From NCBI GenBank assembly GCA_964016885.1, contig OZ024749.1, forward strand, positions 48,174,001 through 48,238,000: 64,000 nt of DNA, given 5' to 3'. The stretch is from Eledone cirrhosa. Taxonomy: Eukaryota. Each line of letters opens with the position of its first letter. Position 1 is the first letter of the stretch. Shown one piece after another: positions 59,721 through 64,000 of this stretch. The translations under genes and the position numbers were made by a program. The notes under the pieces are model-generated. The model did no database searches, was not told where the DNA came from, and saw only the letters and a list, made by a program, of their open reading frames with translations.

Positions 59721-60974
59721 AAATGACAATTTAGCTAAAAACGCTTCTGTACGAAAGTAAACGTAATAAAACAAAGGGAAATCACTCCATCATTTAAATT
59801 GGAATTTTGATATCATTATATATGTGTGCTAAAATACGTGTATATATGTGAGTGTATATGTGTGTATGGGATTTTTAATGGGCGTGTTATATATACTTCT
59901 TAAGATCATATTTCAAGTGAGGATTAAATTGAATGTCTAGCTTTATTCATTTCCTTTCGTTTGACGTTTCAGTTATATTTGTTATCAAACTTTACATTGG
60001 AATGACTGTAATTTGCAACCCAAATATTCTACAAACCTTTCTCTAATCCGCTATATATAAATCTCAAACTTTATTATAAACATTTTACCTTCAATTAATG
60101 CATTAATTTTTACTTCAAGAATCACCACAATGTTTGAATTGATTTATACTTTGTCAATTTTTACCCGGTTTTAGTATATTCTCTTTATGTAAGATTATCA
60201 CTTTAATAAATATATTTCTGTATATAGTCATTTGACAATATATATCAGAATGTGCAATAATTTTAGTAGTAACTAACTAAAATGCAACGATTATTCGAAA
60301 TAACAATCGCGTATATAAGAACACGTTATTATAGTGTAAGCTTGTATGACCTGGTATTAAACGACAATATATACTATTCAGTTGAATGCTTATATATAAT
60401 CACTTCATATAAGAATGAATATATGTGCAAACACATATAACCATTCTTTATTCGAAATTATATTGTGAATATAAAATTGCTTTGCTTTGAATTCCTATTA
60501 CAATTTGTTTCGAAAACTTCATTCGCGACGAATTTCTCTGGTAGCTAACATTTATGTTAATTCAGCAAGTTTAAGTTATATAGAAATTACAGAACAAAGA
60601 GAAAAATGAAATTCGCCTGCAATCATTTATATTGGTCTTCATTTATAATTCGAAAAGTGAGATTTTCTTTCCTGAATAGATTCTATAATATTGTTATCGT
60701 ATATTATTTGCTTTACATTGTTATTGAAAGAATGCCCACACAACAATAATAACACTATGATTTTTAATCATGTTAGTGAAAGTTTTTCGTCGATAGCTAT
60801 TTTTATACAAACAAATGAAAATTGTTATTTAATGGATATTTTGTTAAATTGCTGGAATGTCTGAAAATTACGTTTATTATAATCCTGAATTACATTGCAA
60901 CGACACAGGATTAATTAAATTAAAAAATAAATAAACCAATATTAAAATGATCTCCAGGCTACGTACGAGAACAC

Positions 60975-61084
<110 letters not shown>

Positions 61085-63587
61085 GGGAGGTGTGTCTCTA
61101 ACAGTAGAGAATGAGAAATGTCCCATACATAACCGTTAAGACGTACACGAGCATTATATATATATATTATTGTTGTCTTTGTTTAGTATCTCTTTGGTTT
61201 GTAGCTAGGTCAACCACCTTAGCAGATAGGTGGTGTTAAAATCCTCCTAGCCACGGTAATCGCATTATTTAATAGGTCTCAATTCATATGTGATCTACAT
61301 TAGCCGATATTTGTCTCGGCTTGAATGTTTATTACGATATGGTGTATTTTGTTTAGAAATGATTGGGTAATTTCATTAGATCGAGAAGGTAGAACATCAT
61401 TTGATGTGCTGCCGTTGCCTTTCCTGTTTTGTTTAATCCATAGAAATCTTCAAAATAGTAGATGTATGAACATTTATATTTATGCTGTGAATAATGCATT
61501 ACGATGCCACACATAGTGCATGGAAGAGTACTATAATTAAGTCGTTTTCTGACGGTCGGCAATGATTTATATAGTGAGTTCGGATTCACCAAAAATGTGC
61601 ATGAGTTCTTTTATAGGGACTAGGTGTTTATTCCTAATCGTATTTCCTTAACTCTATTTACCAGATCAATCAATCACTTAATTAGTTGGTATGTTGTGCT
61701 TTAGATTTTGATAAAGTTGCGCATGTCGGTTCTTGTGATATTTTGAGTGTTGCTACATCCATACGGGATGTAGTTGTTTTTATTGCTGTTTTATTAGAAT
61801 AATTCACGATGTAGCTGTTGATAGTCCTCAGTTGCTTAGCTCCAAGACATTTGCATGTTTTATCTTAGACTAAAATAGTTAACGTATTCTAATCTAATAC
61901 CACTCTAGCCGTCAGCCGTGAACATCCAAATAAAAGATGCACGCCCTTTAGTAAACCGAATACATTTTATCAATTTTGCATACTGCTCCTCCATAATAGC
62001 GTTTAAAATGTCTTTGACATTGCAGCTATATGTATGAAATCATACATTTAAAAGAACAAAGGTTACCTCTATATAGAACATTTCTAAATATAATGAACAG
62101 TGCTATACATTTACCAACATTTCTATTACAACATCAAAGCCATCGCCTGTAAATGTATAAACGACATTGAGAAAGGACTCTCTTGGTTTCGTAACATACC
62201 AGATTATCCTTAGAAAAAAGAACATAAATTCACATGAGATAACGTTGTTTAAGGATACATGTGTTCTGTAAAATACGATGTCCTATTCACGGTTTGAATG
62301 CCTTTGAAAATATACCTGCTTAATCAGAGTGAAATAGAGGGTAACCACTACCGTTAACAACATCATATAATATACTGTAAGTCGCAGTTCCTTTTAGAAG
62401 TCTGTAACTATTTTCTAAGTAAGTGAATTGTAAATTAACTATCCATCAGATTTAACAACACAACATATCATAACAGACAATTTGTCTTCTTACCGGATAT
62501 CCGTTTAATCTTGCTGCCATTTAAAAATATTTCAGTGGGAATTATCTTTATGTTGGAATTTTCTCTACATATTGACTGGCATTTATATCGTTATTGTATT
62601 TGACATATGTCTTCTGAGATCAACCGGGCAACCTAATATGGCGCGCAAAGTTCATGCTGATGTCTGCAATTAATCACTTTCTTTAGCTTTGTCATCATCT
62701 GGATTCCAATAGTTTGCTTCCTGATTCCACTTTGACACCATCATTCAAACAAAATGAATACAAAATTGCCATACTGCTCTCCCTCACTTACTAACGGTCA
62801 ATAATAAAACATCATGTGTGCAGGCATTGCTATGTGATTAAAGTTTCGCTGAGATGTCGTTACTGGTCAGTTCAAAAGAGTTCATATAACTCACTTTTAT
62901 AGAAGTTTCTTTTAAAAAAAACTATTTGTAAGTAAGTGATTCATATTTCACGCCTACTTACTCAAAATAAGATACAAATATTCGAACACTGGAGCAAGTG
63001 CATACATGTCTAAAACGAAGAATCATTGTCTGTGGAGAGGTAACTTATAATATACAACTTAAAGTTACTGGTTTTCGAAAGAGCTGGATCCAATCACAGC
63101 ACAGGCAGTATTACCAAATTGATCGATGGTTCAGTACTTCCACCCTAGAACATCATATTTACGTACAACTATATCTGAACATTTGCATGGGTATTTGAAC
63201 GCGCGAGTGTGATTGTGTAAGACATGGTTGGTAAAACCGTTTTGCGTCCAGTGTAAAACAAATTACTAATGATTGTTACTTTGCACGTGTTTTATTATAT
63301 TTTCATGTGCATGAAATACGGTGCATCAAATGACAGAATTATATTGGCTGCTACATTAACTGACATCTACATTTGTCTAAATAAAGTAACGTTTTCTAAT
63401 AATTTATGTTTCCGCATTACCTATTTATATAGCGAATTTTGAATATATTTTAACCAAGTTGGGTATCAATTTACTATTTGCCTAAACATTGTTATATTTT
63501 TAAGGATACGTTGTAAGTCTTGCAAATATTCTTTCAACACTTTAAACTTGCCAAATGAGTAAAAATATTATATGTTGGAGCAGTAGC

Positions 63588-63651
<64 letters not shown>

Positions 63652-64000
63652 TGTGTGTGTGTGTGTGTGTGTTAAAGGATATGAATTCTCCAAAAGAAAT
63701 ATTAAAAGGATATAAATTGGTTGTGATATTAAAATTTAAATCTATTCAACCACTTGGGTAGAAATATTGATTTTTTTCCCGTTTGAAAATGATTTTATCT
63801 AGATAATTAAATAGTAATCTTTAAAATAACTCTTTCTAAAGTATTTGTAAGAATGTGAAATTTCATTGAATATCAACCTGGCTAGTGTACGCTGAATAAA
63901 GAGAGTTTCAAATAGTAAAAAAAATAGATGTTTAAAACCGTCTACAATGTTATTAAAACATTTTTGAATAAACCTGGATATTTTATTTGCGCTAATTTCA

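Noticed and set aside
57330-59760. Plus-strand ORFs in the GC-rich island, or a bacterial contaminant gene
   Set aside because: These are antisense shadows of the CRE-like RT/RLE frames on the minus strand, whose motifs are those of a eukaryotic non-LTR element.

Overview
AT-rich, microsatellite-saturated eukaryotic non-coding DNA. The SINE and repeat style suggests a coleoid cephalopod such as an octopus (inference). No host gene could be identified, and nearly all listed ORFs are translations of (TA)n/(CA)n/(GA)n or trinucleotide repeats. Supported content: (1) about 10 recognisable copies of one tRNA-derived SINE, several with clear target-site duplications (TSDs) that all begin ATTAT, plus a CORE-type SINE and older relics. 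(2) Two decayed restriction-like-endonuclease non-LTR retrotransposons: a near full-length R4/Dong-like element in (CATA)n (46751-50874, minus) and a GC-rich CRE-clade element (57214-59720, minus). (3) A short RTE-like 3' end. (4) The most striking signal: about ten fold-back (long palindromic) elements from several unrelated sequence families, mostly abutting (TA)n. Many carry minimal type-I hammerhead-ribozyme folds of the kind found in Penelope-like element pLTRs, several with non-canonical cores. Fold-back centres and truncation points repeatedly fall on the ribozyme itself. All calls are by eye, with no database search or folding program.
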